The notes under the pieces were generated by a model. The model made no database searches, was not told the origin of the DNA, and was given only the letters and a program-made list of their open reading frames with translations. A program made the translations under genes and the position numbers. DNA of 53,310 nt, taken from contig JAHRWI010000172.1 in NCBI GenBank assembly GCA_019090225.1, positions 1 through 53,310 on the forward strand, read 5' to 3'. Positions 28,204-35,970 of this stretch are shown here, one piece after another (positions within the stretch are counted from its first letter, which is position 1; each line of letters begins with the position of its first letter). This stretch comes from Porticoccaceae bacterium (GTDB lineage: Bacteria; Pseudomonadota; Gammaproteobacteria; Pseudomonadales; Porticoccaceae).

Positions 28204-29183
28204 GGATTAGAAGGCGACCAGCGCCGGAGATCAGTATCTCCTTTCTCGATGTTATCAGCTGTGGCTTTGGTGCCATTGTGCTGCTCTTGCTAATTGCTCA
28301 AACTGTGGAATTTAGTGCGGTCGAATCCGGCGAACCCGAACAACAAAGCGTCGCAGCCCTACAGGAACAGCTATTCGCCCTGCGTGGCGATAACACAATC
28401 CTCAATCGCGAATTGATCACTAAGCAGGAGCAACTATCAGACCTGCGTGCTCGTATCGCCCGGCTCCGAGAACAATTGGCCAGCGTTGACAAAAGCCAGC
28501 AACATATTCCGGCGGACAATTCCGAACGTGATGAGCTAGCCCTCGCCCTGCAAGTGCTACAGGAAGAAATGGCGCGCCTGCTTGCCAGCCAGCCTCACAA
28601 GGATAATCAGGTGGTCGGCGGCATACCGGTCGATAGCGAATACATTGTTTTTATCGTCGATACCTCGGGCAGTATGTTTGATTTCGCCTGGCCAAAAGTA
28701 CGTCGTGAAATGATCAATATTCTCGACATATACCCCCAGGTCAAAGGTATTCAGATCATGAACGATATGGGTGACTATATGTTTTCCGGCTACAAAGGCC
28801 GATGGATACCCGATACCCCAGGGCGCCGCAAAGCCATTATCAATCGCCTCATCACCTGGACGCCATTCAGCAACTCCAGCCCAGTAGAGGGTATACAAAG
28901 AGCCATTCGAGCTTTTTACGCCCCCGACAAAAAAATCAGTCTGTATGTTTTCGGGGATGATTTTACCGGCGGCTCAATTCACACCGTACTCAAGACCGTT
29001 GATCGTATTAACGCAAGCCGACGCAAGGGCGATCGTCTGGTGCGCATTCATACTATTGGCTTTCCGGTGCATTTTCTGGTCCCTGGCGGGCGAGCGCAAA
29101 CAGCGACACGTTTTGCAGCATTGATGCGCGAACTCAGTTATCGTAACGGAGGAACCTTTGTTGGCCTAAACAGCCTTAATTGA
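28200..29183 (+). CDS. TolR/ExbD-like TM helix + coiled coil + vWA domain protein (paralog 2, partly degenerate MIDAS)
   Basis: The ATG at 28200 overlaps the upstream stop (ATGA); the track alternative is the TTG at 28194. N-terminus RRPAPEISISFLDVISCGFGAIVLLLLIA with Asp17 (gat at 28248-28250). Coiled coil present. vWA motif IVFIVDTSGSMF (DxSxS), but the GGT and TDG positions read SSPVEG and FGDDFTG. Confidence 0.75.
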   Translation: MRIRRRPAPEISISFLDVISCGFGAIVLLLLIAQTVEFSAVESGEPEQQSVAALQEQLFALRGDNTILNRELITKQEQLSDLRARIARLREQLASVDKSQQHIPADNSERDELALALQVLQEEMARLLASQPHKDNQVVGGIPVDSEYIVFIVDTSGSMFDFAWPKVRREMINILDIYPQVKGIQIMNDMGDYMFSGYKGRWIPDTPGRRKAIINRLITWTPFSNSSPVEGIQRAIRAFYAPDKKISLYVFGDDFTGGSIHTVLKTVDRINASRRKGDRLVRIHTIGFPVHFLVPGGRAQTATRFAALMRELSYRNGGTFVGLNSLN

Positions 29184-29253
29184 CTCAGACCTTTACTCAC
29201 CTGATTCAGGTAGCAACAGTGCAGAATATAGCGCTAACAACTCTCTAAACAAT

Positions 29254-29949
29254 ATGAGAACACTACGCCTAACATTCATGATTCTTTGGTCTGCGCTGAT
29301 ACTAACTAGCTGCGCGACCCATGTTGAGGTGAGCGGAACCTTTCCTACGCCGCTCAACAAACAACTGCCCATAAGCTCGGTGGTGGTATTCGACCAGGCA
29401 TTTAGCTCCTACCGCTTTGAAAACACCGATGGCCGGGAAGTCAGCATCGCCGTCGGCCAAACTCAGGTCGATCTATTTACTGCCATAACAAAAAGCGTAT
29501 TTGAAAGCGCTACCTTTACCAATACTATGCCGACAGCGGCTGACACCGACCTGATCCTCGTGCCTAGAGTCGAGGAAGTACAAATATCCATGCCCTATCA
29601 AACCAAGCTCAACGTCTTTGAGGTGTGGATCAAATACAATCTCCAGGTCTTTGACCACAACGGCGAAGCCGTCGCTGACTGGATTATGTCGGCCTACGGT
29701 AAAACCCCGACTAAATTTCTGAAATCCGACAGCAAGGCTCTAAACCAGGCGGCAATCGTTGCTCTGCGCGATGCCGGCGCCCACTTTATTATCGCCTTTG
29801 ACCGCGTGCCAGAAATCCGCCAGTGGCTCGATAACAAAAACGGCCAGGCCCGCTTATCCACAGACACTCTTTCACAAAGTAAGCCTTCACAAGCTAGGCC
29901 CCCAGAAAACAAAACACCATCGGATAAGCCAGAGGCCACCACCCTGTGA
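29254..29949 (+). CDS. lipoprotein of unknown function
   Basis: 231 aa. Lipobox LILTSC and a P/S/K-rich C-terminal tail. Confidence 0.6.
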   Translation: MRTLRLTFMILWSALILTSCATHVEVSGTFPTPLNKQLPISSVVVFDQAFSSYRFENTDGREVSIAVGQTQVDLFTAITKSVFESATFTNTMPTAADTDLILVPRVEEVQISMPYQTKLNVFEVWIKYNLQVFDHNGEAVADWIMSAYGKTPTKFLKSDSKALNQAAIVALRDAGAHFIIAFDRVPEIRQWLDNKNGQARLSTDTLSQSKPSQARPPENKTPSDKPEATTL

Positions 29950-30605
29950 CTAAAGCTTGTCTGATCACAGCCATTGCCTGTCTGTACGTACTCCTTGTCG
30001 GGTGTACCACCACCACAGTCGATGAGTACCGCGAAAGCAATGAACAGTTGTCCCTTCTAAGTGGTGACAAAGTGGTCGTACTCGGTCGCCGACACGCCAG
30101 TGATCACGAAACCGAGCCGGACTTTATTGACTGCATCGGCAAAGAGCTAGGTAACGCCACCGCCCTAAACGTCATCAATGAACCTGCTTTTATGGATTCT
30201 GTTTACCCCTGGTTTGAGCCGCGCACCGCGCCCCTGGGTCTTAAGCGTATGAGCAAAATGCTCAACGAACCAATGATAGCGACACGTATCCAGTCACAAA
30301 ACCTGCGCTACATCATCTGGATAGATGGCAGCACGGAGACCACAGACCGGGAAGGTTCTGTGAGTTGCGCCATCGGCCCCGGCGGCGGTGGTTGCTTTGG
30401 CTTTGCTACCTGGGAAAAGCAGGGGGTTTACGAAGCCATCATATGGGATCTCAAAGACATGGCCGAACACGGGCGGGTTAAGGTCAATGCCAAAGGTTCG
30501 TCCTACATGATCGCTATCGGCCTGCCGATACCAATTATTGCTCAAGTTCAAGACCAGGCATGTGAAGGTATCGGCAAACAATTGCGCGCTTTCTTTACGG
30601 GCTAA
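29946..30605 (+). CDS. lipoprotein of unknown function
   Basis: 219 aa. GTG start overlapping the upstream stop (GTGA). Lipobox LLVGC. Several cysteines and a GPGGGGCFGF segment. Confidence 0.55.
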   Translation: MTKACLITAIACLYVLLVGCTTTTVDEYRESNEQLSLLSGDKVVVLGRRHASDHETEPDFIDCIGKELGNATALNVINEPAFMDSVYPWFEPRTAPLGLKRMSKMLNEPMIATRIQSQNLRYIIWIDGSTETTDREGSVSCAIGPGGGGCFGFATWEKQGVYEAIIWDLKDMAEHGRVKVNAKGSSYMIAIGLPIPIIAQVQDQACEGIGKQLRAFFTG

Positions 30606-30615
30606 GGTGCCAAAT

Positions 30616-30653
30616 AACCATTAACCATTAACCATTAACCATTAACCATTAAC
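30616..30653. repeat. heptanucleotide tandem repeat (AACCATT) x5.4 just upstream of the M48 protease gene
   Basis: aaccatt occurs at 30616, 30623, 30630, 30637 and 30644, plus aac at 30651-30653, followed by an A7 run. It ends 18 nt before the ATG at 30671. Confidence 0.95.
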
Positions 30654-30670
30654 AAAAAAATCAGCAAAAT

Positions 30671-32143
30671 ATGCTCATACACATATTACGTTTACCGCAT
30701 TTTTTTATTATCAGTCTTGCTGTGTTGTTCGGCCTACAGGCTAATTTTTCGCTCGCCATATCTGAAAAAAAAGCCGCCGAAATTGGCAAGAAAATGTACG
30801 AAGAAATCACCGCAGAAATGCCCATTTACATAGATAAAAAACTTAACGATTACGTCTCAGGTGTCGGCCAAAAGCTGATCAAATATTCCGACCAACCTGA
30901 CCTCAACTATACCTTTACTATTATCGACAGCCCCGATATCAATGCTTTCGCGACACCCGGCGCTTACATTTACGTCAATCGCGGCTTGTTGGCCTACATG
31001 AATTCGGAGGCTCAGTTGGCTGCGGTTCTGGGTCATGAATTAGCCCATGTCACTGCCGACCATGCCTCCCGTCAAAAAAACGCTCAAACAGGCTCCAACG
31101 TCGTGGCAGGATTATTGGCTGTGCTCACTGGCAGCGCCGACGTCGGTGAAGCCTCTGCGATGTGGGGCGCAGCGACGGTAAAAGGCTACGGTCGCGACAT
31201 GGAACTGGAAGCAGACGCCATTGGTGCAAAAACCATGGCTCGGGCGGGCTACCCCGTGGATGCAATGATCACCATTATTTCGCAATTGAAAGACCACGAG
31301 CGGTTTATGAAAAAACGCAATAAGGACTCCGGTAAAAAAACCCAGAGTTACCACGGCATATTTTCAAGCCACCCCCGCAATGACAAACGTCTACGAGAGA
31401 TAGTCAAGAAATCGGGCGCTGACCTGGACAGCTCTAAAACCGGCGACCCCGGCATCGTACCGTTCAGAGTCGCCACCCAAAACCTGCCCTGGGGTCAGAC
31501 CACCCAAACACCGGCACGACAGGACAAGCGCTACTATGATGACAAATTAAATTTTAGCTTCGATTACCCAGACGGTTGGCAGTTCCAGGAAAAGGCCAAA
31601 CAAGTGCTTGGCAACAGAGAAGATGATTCAGCCAGCCTGGTGCTGGATGTTAAAGCCCGCACACTCGACTCACCCGAGCAATATATCAAGAAAGTTCTTG
31701 GCATCAGTTTTATTAAAAAGTCCGAGTCAACTGTCGTCAATCGCCTGAAAGGCCACACAGGAACCATCCCCGGTAAAAATAACGCTAACGACATCCGCAT
31801 TGCGGTTATTTATTATGGCCGACACGCCTTTGTGTTCAGGGGGATTGTCGATGCTGGCTCCGCTCTCGACAATACAGCGCCAAAAATCGGCGAGTCCTCT
31901 GCACAATCGTATGACGCAGAATTCAAGAGCATTATTGCCAGCTTTCAGCCGCGCTCGCCCCGCCGAAGTACTGCGCACACCGGTACTATCAAATATGTCA
32001 AAGCCAGCTCATCGGCCACTTACGCCAAGCTGGCGAGACAACTTAATCTCGGCAAATACGGCAAAGACCAGCTACAACTCATCAACGGACATTACCCAGG
32101 TAGCGAGCCTCAGGCCGGGCAGTGGATAAAGATTATTCGCTAA
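30671..32143 (+). CDS. secreted M48-family zinc metalloprotease with a C-terminal LysM domain
   Basis: 490 aa. Signal peptide and HExxH (LGHELAHV). C-terminal LysM-like segment (IKYVKASSSATYAKLARQLNL...LQLINGH...GQWIKII). Confidence 0.8.
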   Translation: MLIHILRLPHFFIISLAVLFGLQANFSLAISEKKAAEIGKKMYEEITAEMPIYIDKKLNDYVSGVGQKLIKYSDQPDLNYTFTIIDSPDINAFATPGAYIYVNRGLLAYMNSEAQLAAVLGHELAHVTADHASRQKNAQTGSNVVAGLLAVLTGSADVGEASAMWGAATVKGYGRDMELEADAIGAKTMARAGYPVDAMITIISQLKDHERFMKKRNKDSGKKTQSYHGIFSSHPRNDKRLREIVKKSGADLDSSKTGDPGIVPFRVATQNLPWGQTTQTPARQDKRYYDDKLNFSFDYPDGWQFQEKAKQVLGNREDDSASLVLDVKARTLDSPEQYIKKVLGISFIKKSESTVVNRLKGHTGTIPGKNNANDIRIAVIYYGRHAFVFRGIVDAGSALDNTAPKIGESSAQSYDAEFKSIIASFQPRSPRRSTAHTGTIKYVKASSSATYAKLARQLNLGKYGKDQLQLINGHYPGSEPQAGQWIKIIR

Positions 32144-32181
32144 CCCGCGACTCCATTCCACACTCAACATAAAGGATCACA

Positions 32182-32679
32182 ATGACTGTAGAAGTCAACG
32201 GCATCGCCCATATTCAGCTAAGCGTCAACGACGGCCCCCGCTGCCTGCCTTTCTGGGAAAAACTCTGCCATTTTCTCGAAATGAAAACCCTGATCCGCAA
32301 TGAAGAGACGATTTATTGTATCGGCAGTCGCACCGGCATACTGGTTCGGGTGGCACCACCAGACAAACGAAGCAAAGCGTTTGAGCAGGACACCAGCGGC
32401 CTGCATCACTTTTGTTTTCGAGCACGCAGCAAAGACGATGTCGACAAAATTTATCAGTTTGTCGAGACCCAACTCGACGCCAAAATCATCCATGGCCCCG
32501 AAGACAGTTCACGCTTCGCACCGGGCTATTACTCCATTCTATTTGAAGACCCGGATGGTATTCGGGTAGAAGTCAATTACGTACCCGGCAAAGGTCATTT
32601 TGGCGAACAGGGCCGACTCGGGGAACAGGGCCACGGGCCAGCCAGTCAATATGGGGAAGATGGCTTAACGGATACCTGA
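32182..32679 (+). CDS. VOC (glyoxalase/bleomycin-resistance/dioxygenase) family protein
   Basis: 165 aa. GIAHIQLSV ... HHFCFRA ... YSILFEDPDGIRVEV pattern typical of the VOC fold. Confidence 0.7.
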   Translation: MTVEVNGIAHIQLSVNDGPRCLPFWEKLCHFLEMKTLIRNEETIYCIGSRTGILVRVAPPDKRSKAFEQDTSGLHHFCFRARSKDDVDKIYQFVETQLDAKIIHGPEDSSRFAPGYYSILFEDPDGIRVEVNYVPGKGHFGEQGRLGEQGHGPASQYGEDGLTDT

Positions 32680-32962
32680 AGATTTTTATCCGCGTCTGAC
32701 TTCAGACACCGATGGTTTACGAAAAGTCTTTATGAGATCGCGATGCCAGGCTCTTAAACTAATCTGCGTATTTAGAGGAACTCAAAGCTTTACCAGGAGA
32801 ACCATCCGCGCAAATTCAGAAAAAATTAAAACTTTCGCCGAATTAGGCCTCCGCGACGCAACTAGGCTGGCTTTCCTCAGTCAGAAACAGACGCGCGTTA
32901 AAACCTCGGATACAAGGCCGTTAAATTTCTGACCTTATAACTCTCGGCGAAAGGATGGGGAA

Positions 32963-33823
32963 ATGCAGCTTCGCCAGATAAGTTCGACGGTGTATTTCAA
33001 ATGGGGTTGGGGAAAACGCCTGGCACTGTGTTGCGCGGTGTTCATCACTGCCATCAGCATTCCATCACCTGCCCGTGCTGAGCTTTCTATTCATTGGCGA
33101 GATACCTTCACAATCGCAGAGCGAGAAAAACTCACCACCTGGGTTTCGGAGGTCAATACAACTATTGAATCACTGGTCGGCCCACTGCCTTACCAAATAC
33201 ATCTGCGGTTTTATCGCCGCGATAGAGCCCGTGAACCGGTGCCCTGGGCAAACACCCGTCGCGGTAACAGATTAGGCATCGATTTCCACGTAGACCCTCG
33301 GTACTCCCTGGACGCTTTCCGTAAGGACTGGACCGCAGCCCATGAATTTAGCCATTTGATACTGCCCTACCTCGGTTCCAGTAACGCGTGGTTCGCCGAA
33401 GGTTTCGCCAGTTTTATGCAGTACCAGGTCATGGAAACCATGGGTATCTTAAGCAGGGAAGAAAAGCGCCGACGCTATCTTCATAGCCTGAACCGGGCGC
33501 GTCGCAACTACGCCTATGCAGGCCAACCATTCACCGAAGCAACCCGACGCTTGCGCAGAGAAGGCAAGTATTCGCTTATGTATTGGGGCGGCGCGGTGTA
33601 TTTCCTACAAATCAATGATCGTCTTGTACGAACCAGGCGCTCAACGCTGATCGATGTACTGAGGGCTTACGTGGCATGCTGTCGGCGTAACTACGATGAC
33701 TTGCAACACCTCATTGAGGCACTTGATGGCTTCACAAACTCCAGGTTATTTAGCCAGGAACTTGAGCGATTCAAAATAACACCGGGTTTTCCCAGGTATC
33801 AGCATCTCGATCTGGCTAAGTGA
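32963..33823 (+). CDS. secreted putative gluzincin-type metallopeptidase
   Basis: 286 aa. Signal peptide (PSPARA-EL). HEFSH followed by WFAEGFA 15 residues later, resembling the M1-type HExxH...E arrangement. Confidence 0.5.
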   Translation: MQLRQISSTVYFKWGWGKRLALCCAVFITAISIPSPARAELSIHWRDTFTIAEREKLTTWVSEVNTTIESLVGPLPYQIHLRFYRRDRAREPVPWANTRRGNRLGIDFHVDPRYSLDAFRKDWTAAHEFSHLILPYLGSSNAWFAEGFASFMQYQVMETMGILSREEKRRRYLHSLNRARRNYAYAGQPFTEATRRLRREGKYSLMYWGGAVYFLQINDRLVRTRRSTLIDVLRAYVACCRRNYDDLQHLIEALDGFTNSRLFSQELERFKITPGFPRYQHLDLAK

Positions 33824-34093
33824 GTGCCGAAAAGACCGCTCATATTGTCTGGTCACCAACCATTAATCATCCACCCGCAAGGCAATTGCTTACGTTAAAC
33901 CCATTCCTAACCAGGCGGTGTCTGTAGTATGAAACACTAAGCTACCCTGGTGCATACAATCAAAAGAACGTTCGCTCAGAAGCCCCTATAAGAACTTTGT
34001 GTTGACCGACCTTGCCCCCAATATAATCCATGCAAGTTGTTTTCCAGATAAGATGGCATTTAAAAGAAACTTTATAAAAAAAGGATCATACCG

Positions 34094-35032
34094 ATGCGCT
34101 ATTTAATCTGTGTTGTTTTGGTCTTGCTCTCAGCCTGTGATAGTCGCGATGAAAATGTCGCACTTGGTACGCTGGAAAGGGACCGCATCGCCCATACGGC
34201 CACGGTTAACGAGGTAGTGACATCGCTCCCGGTGGCGCAGGGCAGCCTCGTTTCTAAAGGCACTATGCTGGTTCAGCTTGACGATACGCAACAAAAAGCC
34301 CGGATCGCCAAAGCCGAGGCGGAAGTCGTTCAGGCTGAGGTCAATCTCGAGAAACTGCGTAATGGCGCGCGTGAAGAAGAAGTTGCCGCAGCCCGCGCCA
34401 GGGTCGCTGGTGCCAAAGCCGCATTGGTTGAAAGTGAAGCCAACTACAAACGGGCAAAAAACCTGGTCAAGCGCAAGCTAAGCAGCCAGGCCAGTCTCGA
34501 TCAAAGTCTGGCCGCTCGCGATGCCGCGCTGGCCAATTTGCAAACTGCTCAGGAGCATTTACGAGAGCTTACCAATGGTACCCGTGAAGAAGATCTACGT
34601 ATAGCCGAAGCCAGCCTTGACGCGGTTATCGCGATATTAGCCAGCGAAAATAAGAAGCTGGCTGACTTAACTATTATTGCTACCCGCGATGGCATTCTCG
34701 ATAACTTGCCTTGGAACCTGGGAGAACGCGTCAGCTCGGGCAGTCCACTGGCCATTGTATTGGCGGGTAAAGCGCCCTACGCCCGGATTTATGTGCCTGA
34801 ACCCTATCGAGTGAAAATAAAAGTCGGCGATAAAATGGCTGTCCACGTTGACGGCCTGGAGCAAGCCATTACCGGGGAGTTACGCTGGGTTTCCAGCGAG
34901 CCAGCATTTTCGCCTTATTACGCCTTAAACCAGGATGAGCGTTCCCGCCTGATGTACTTAGCAGAAGTGCAGCTCCCGGACAGCGAAGCCCACTTGCCTA
35001 ACGGGGTGCCTGCGCAAGTTGAGCTGCCATGA
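34094..35032 (+). CDS. HlyD-family membrane fusion/periplasmic adaptor protein
   Basis: 312 aa. Lipobox-like LLSAC, long coiled-coil hairpin and beta-barrel motifs (ATRDGILDNL, GDKMAVHVDG). Confidence 0.85.
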   Translation: MRYLICVVLVLLSACDSRDENVALGTLERDRIAHTATVNEVVTSLPVAQGSLVSKGTMLVQLDDTQQKARIAKAEAEVVQAEVNLEKLRNGAREEEVAAARARVAGAKAALVESEANYKRAKNLVKRKLSSQASLDQSLAARDAALANLQTAQEHLRELTNGTREEDLRIAEASLDAVIAILASENKKLADLTIIATRDGILDNLPWNLGERVSSGSPLAIVLAGKAPYARIYVPEPYRVKIKVGDKMAVHVDGLEQAITGELRWVSSEPAFSPYYALNQDERSRLMYLAEVQLPDSEAHLPNGVPAQVELP

Positions 35033-35970
35033 ACGACTATGTCATCAAAGCATCTAATTTAAGCCGAAATTTCGGTGATATAAAGGCCATACAAGGCCTC
35101 GACCTTAACGTGGAAAAAGGCCGAATATACGGGTTTTTGGGCCCTAACGGTTGCGGCAAGACCACCGCCATTCGCCTCTTAACCGGGCTCTTAAAACCAA
35201 GTGCCGGTGAGATTCAGGTATTGGGATTTACACTGCCAAGAGATGCTCAAAAACTGCGCCTGCATATTGGCTACATGACACAAAAATTCTCACTTTACGA
35301 TGATTTAACAGTCCAGGAAAACCTGGGGTTTATTGCAAAAATATATGGCTTGTCTGGTCGAGCAAAACGCCAACGCATTGATGAACTGATAAGCACCTAC
35401 GGACTTGAGCAAACAACTCAACAGTTGGCCGGGACCATGAGTGGAGGACAAAGACAACGACTCGCTCTGGCAGCCGCCACTTTACACAAACCTGAATTAT
35501 TGTTTCTTGATGAACCGACTTCGGCTGTCGACCCTGAGAATCGGCGTGATTTTTGGGAAAAATTATTTGACCTCAGTGACCAAGGCGCCAGCATCCTGGT
35601 TTCCACTCACTATATGGATGAAGCAGAACGCTGCCACAAGCTGGCGATATTAGAGACGGGTATTAAGCGCGCCGATGGTTCACCCGAGACGCTGATGGAA
35701 GAAATGGGCGCCCATGTTGTCGAAGTAGCGTCATCCGACCTGCGTCAGCTGAAACAAAGTTTACTCGTAATTCCTGAAGTAATTACCGCTGCTCAACTAG
35801 GCGCTCGCCTGCGGGTACTGCTTAAAAATACTGTCGCTGACCCCCTGGCGTTTTTAAGACAGCAAAAAAATATTGCTCCTGAAGACACCTTAAGTCTGGT
35901 TCGACCCAGCCTGGAAGACGTATTCGTGACTTGTACCGGCAAGAGTCGGCAATTGAGCAAAGCTTCGTGA
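35029..35970 (+). CDS. ABC transporter ATP-binding protein (ABC-2 exporter type)
   Basis: 313 aa. Walker A GPNGCGKTT, signature MSGGQRQRL and Walker B LLFLDEPTS. Overlaps the HlyD stop (ATGA). Confidence 0.92.
   Translation: MNDYVIKASNLSRNFGDIKAIQGLDLNVEKGRIYGFLGPNGCGKTTAIRLLTGLLKPSAGEIQVLGFTLPRDAQKLRLHIGYMTQKFSLYDDLTVQENLGFIAKIYGLSGRAKRQRIDELISTYGLEQTTQQLAGTMSGGQRQRLALAAATLHKPELLFLDEPTSAVDPENRRDFWEKLFDLSDQGASILVSTHYMDEAERCHKLAILETGIKRADGSPETLMEEMGAHVVEVASSDLRQLKQSLLVIPEVITAAQLGARLRVLLKNTVADPLAFLRQQKNIAPEDTLSLVRPSLEDVFVTCTGKSRQLSKAS

Noticed and set aside
24707-29183. Assignment of the MotA-like/vWA block to known systems: Zorya anti-phage (ZorAB), the Bat/MoxR-vWA aerotolerance operon, or the TerY-P triad.
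   Set aside because: There is no MotB/ZorB-type OmpA peptidoglycan-binding domain and no ZorC/D-like large proteins. There is no MoxR AAA+ ATPase or DUF58 protein. There is no kinase/PP2C pair. The vWA proteins carry an ExbD-like TM rather than BatA/B-type anchors. None of these models fits, although I cannot exclude distant relationships without searches.
30616-30653. Possible CRISPR or minisatellite array.
   Set aside because: The unit is only 7 nt with no spacers, and there are no cas genes. It is a simple microsatellite.
35931-35966. Start at 35931 for the ABC-2 permease, giving a 40-nt overlap with the ATPase gene.
   Set aside because: The GTG at 35967 gives a 4-nt GTGA overlap and an N-terminus typical of ABC-2 permeases. 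The upstream 12 codons look like read-through of the ATPase 3' end in another frame.
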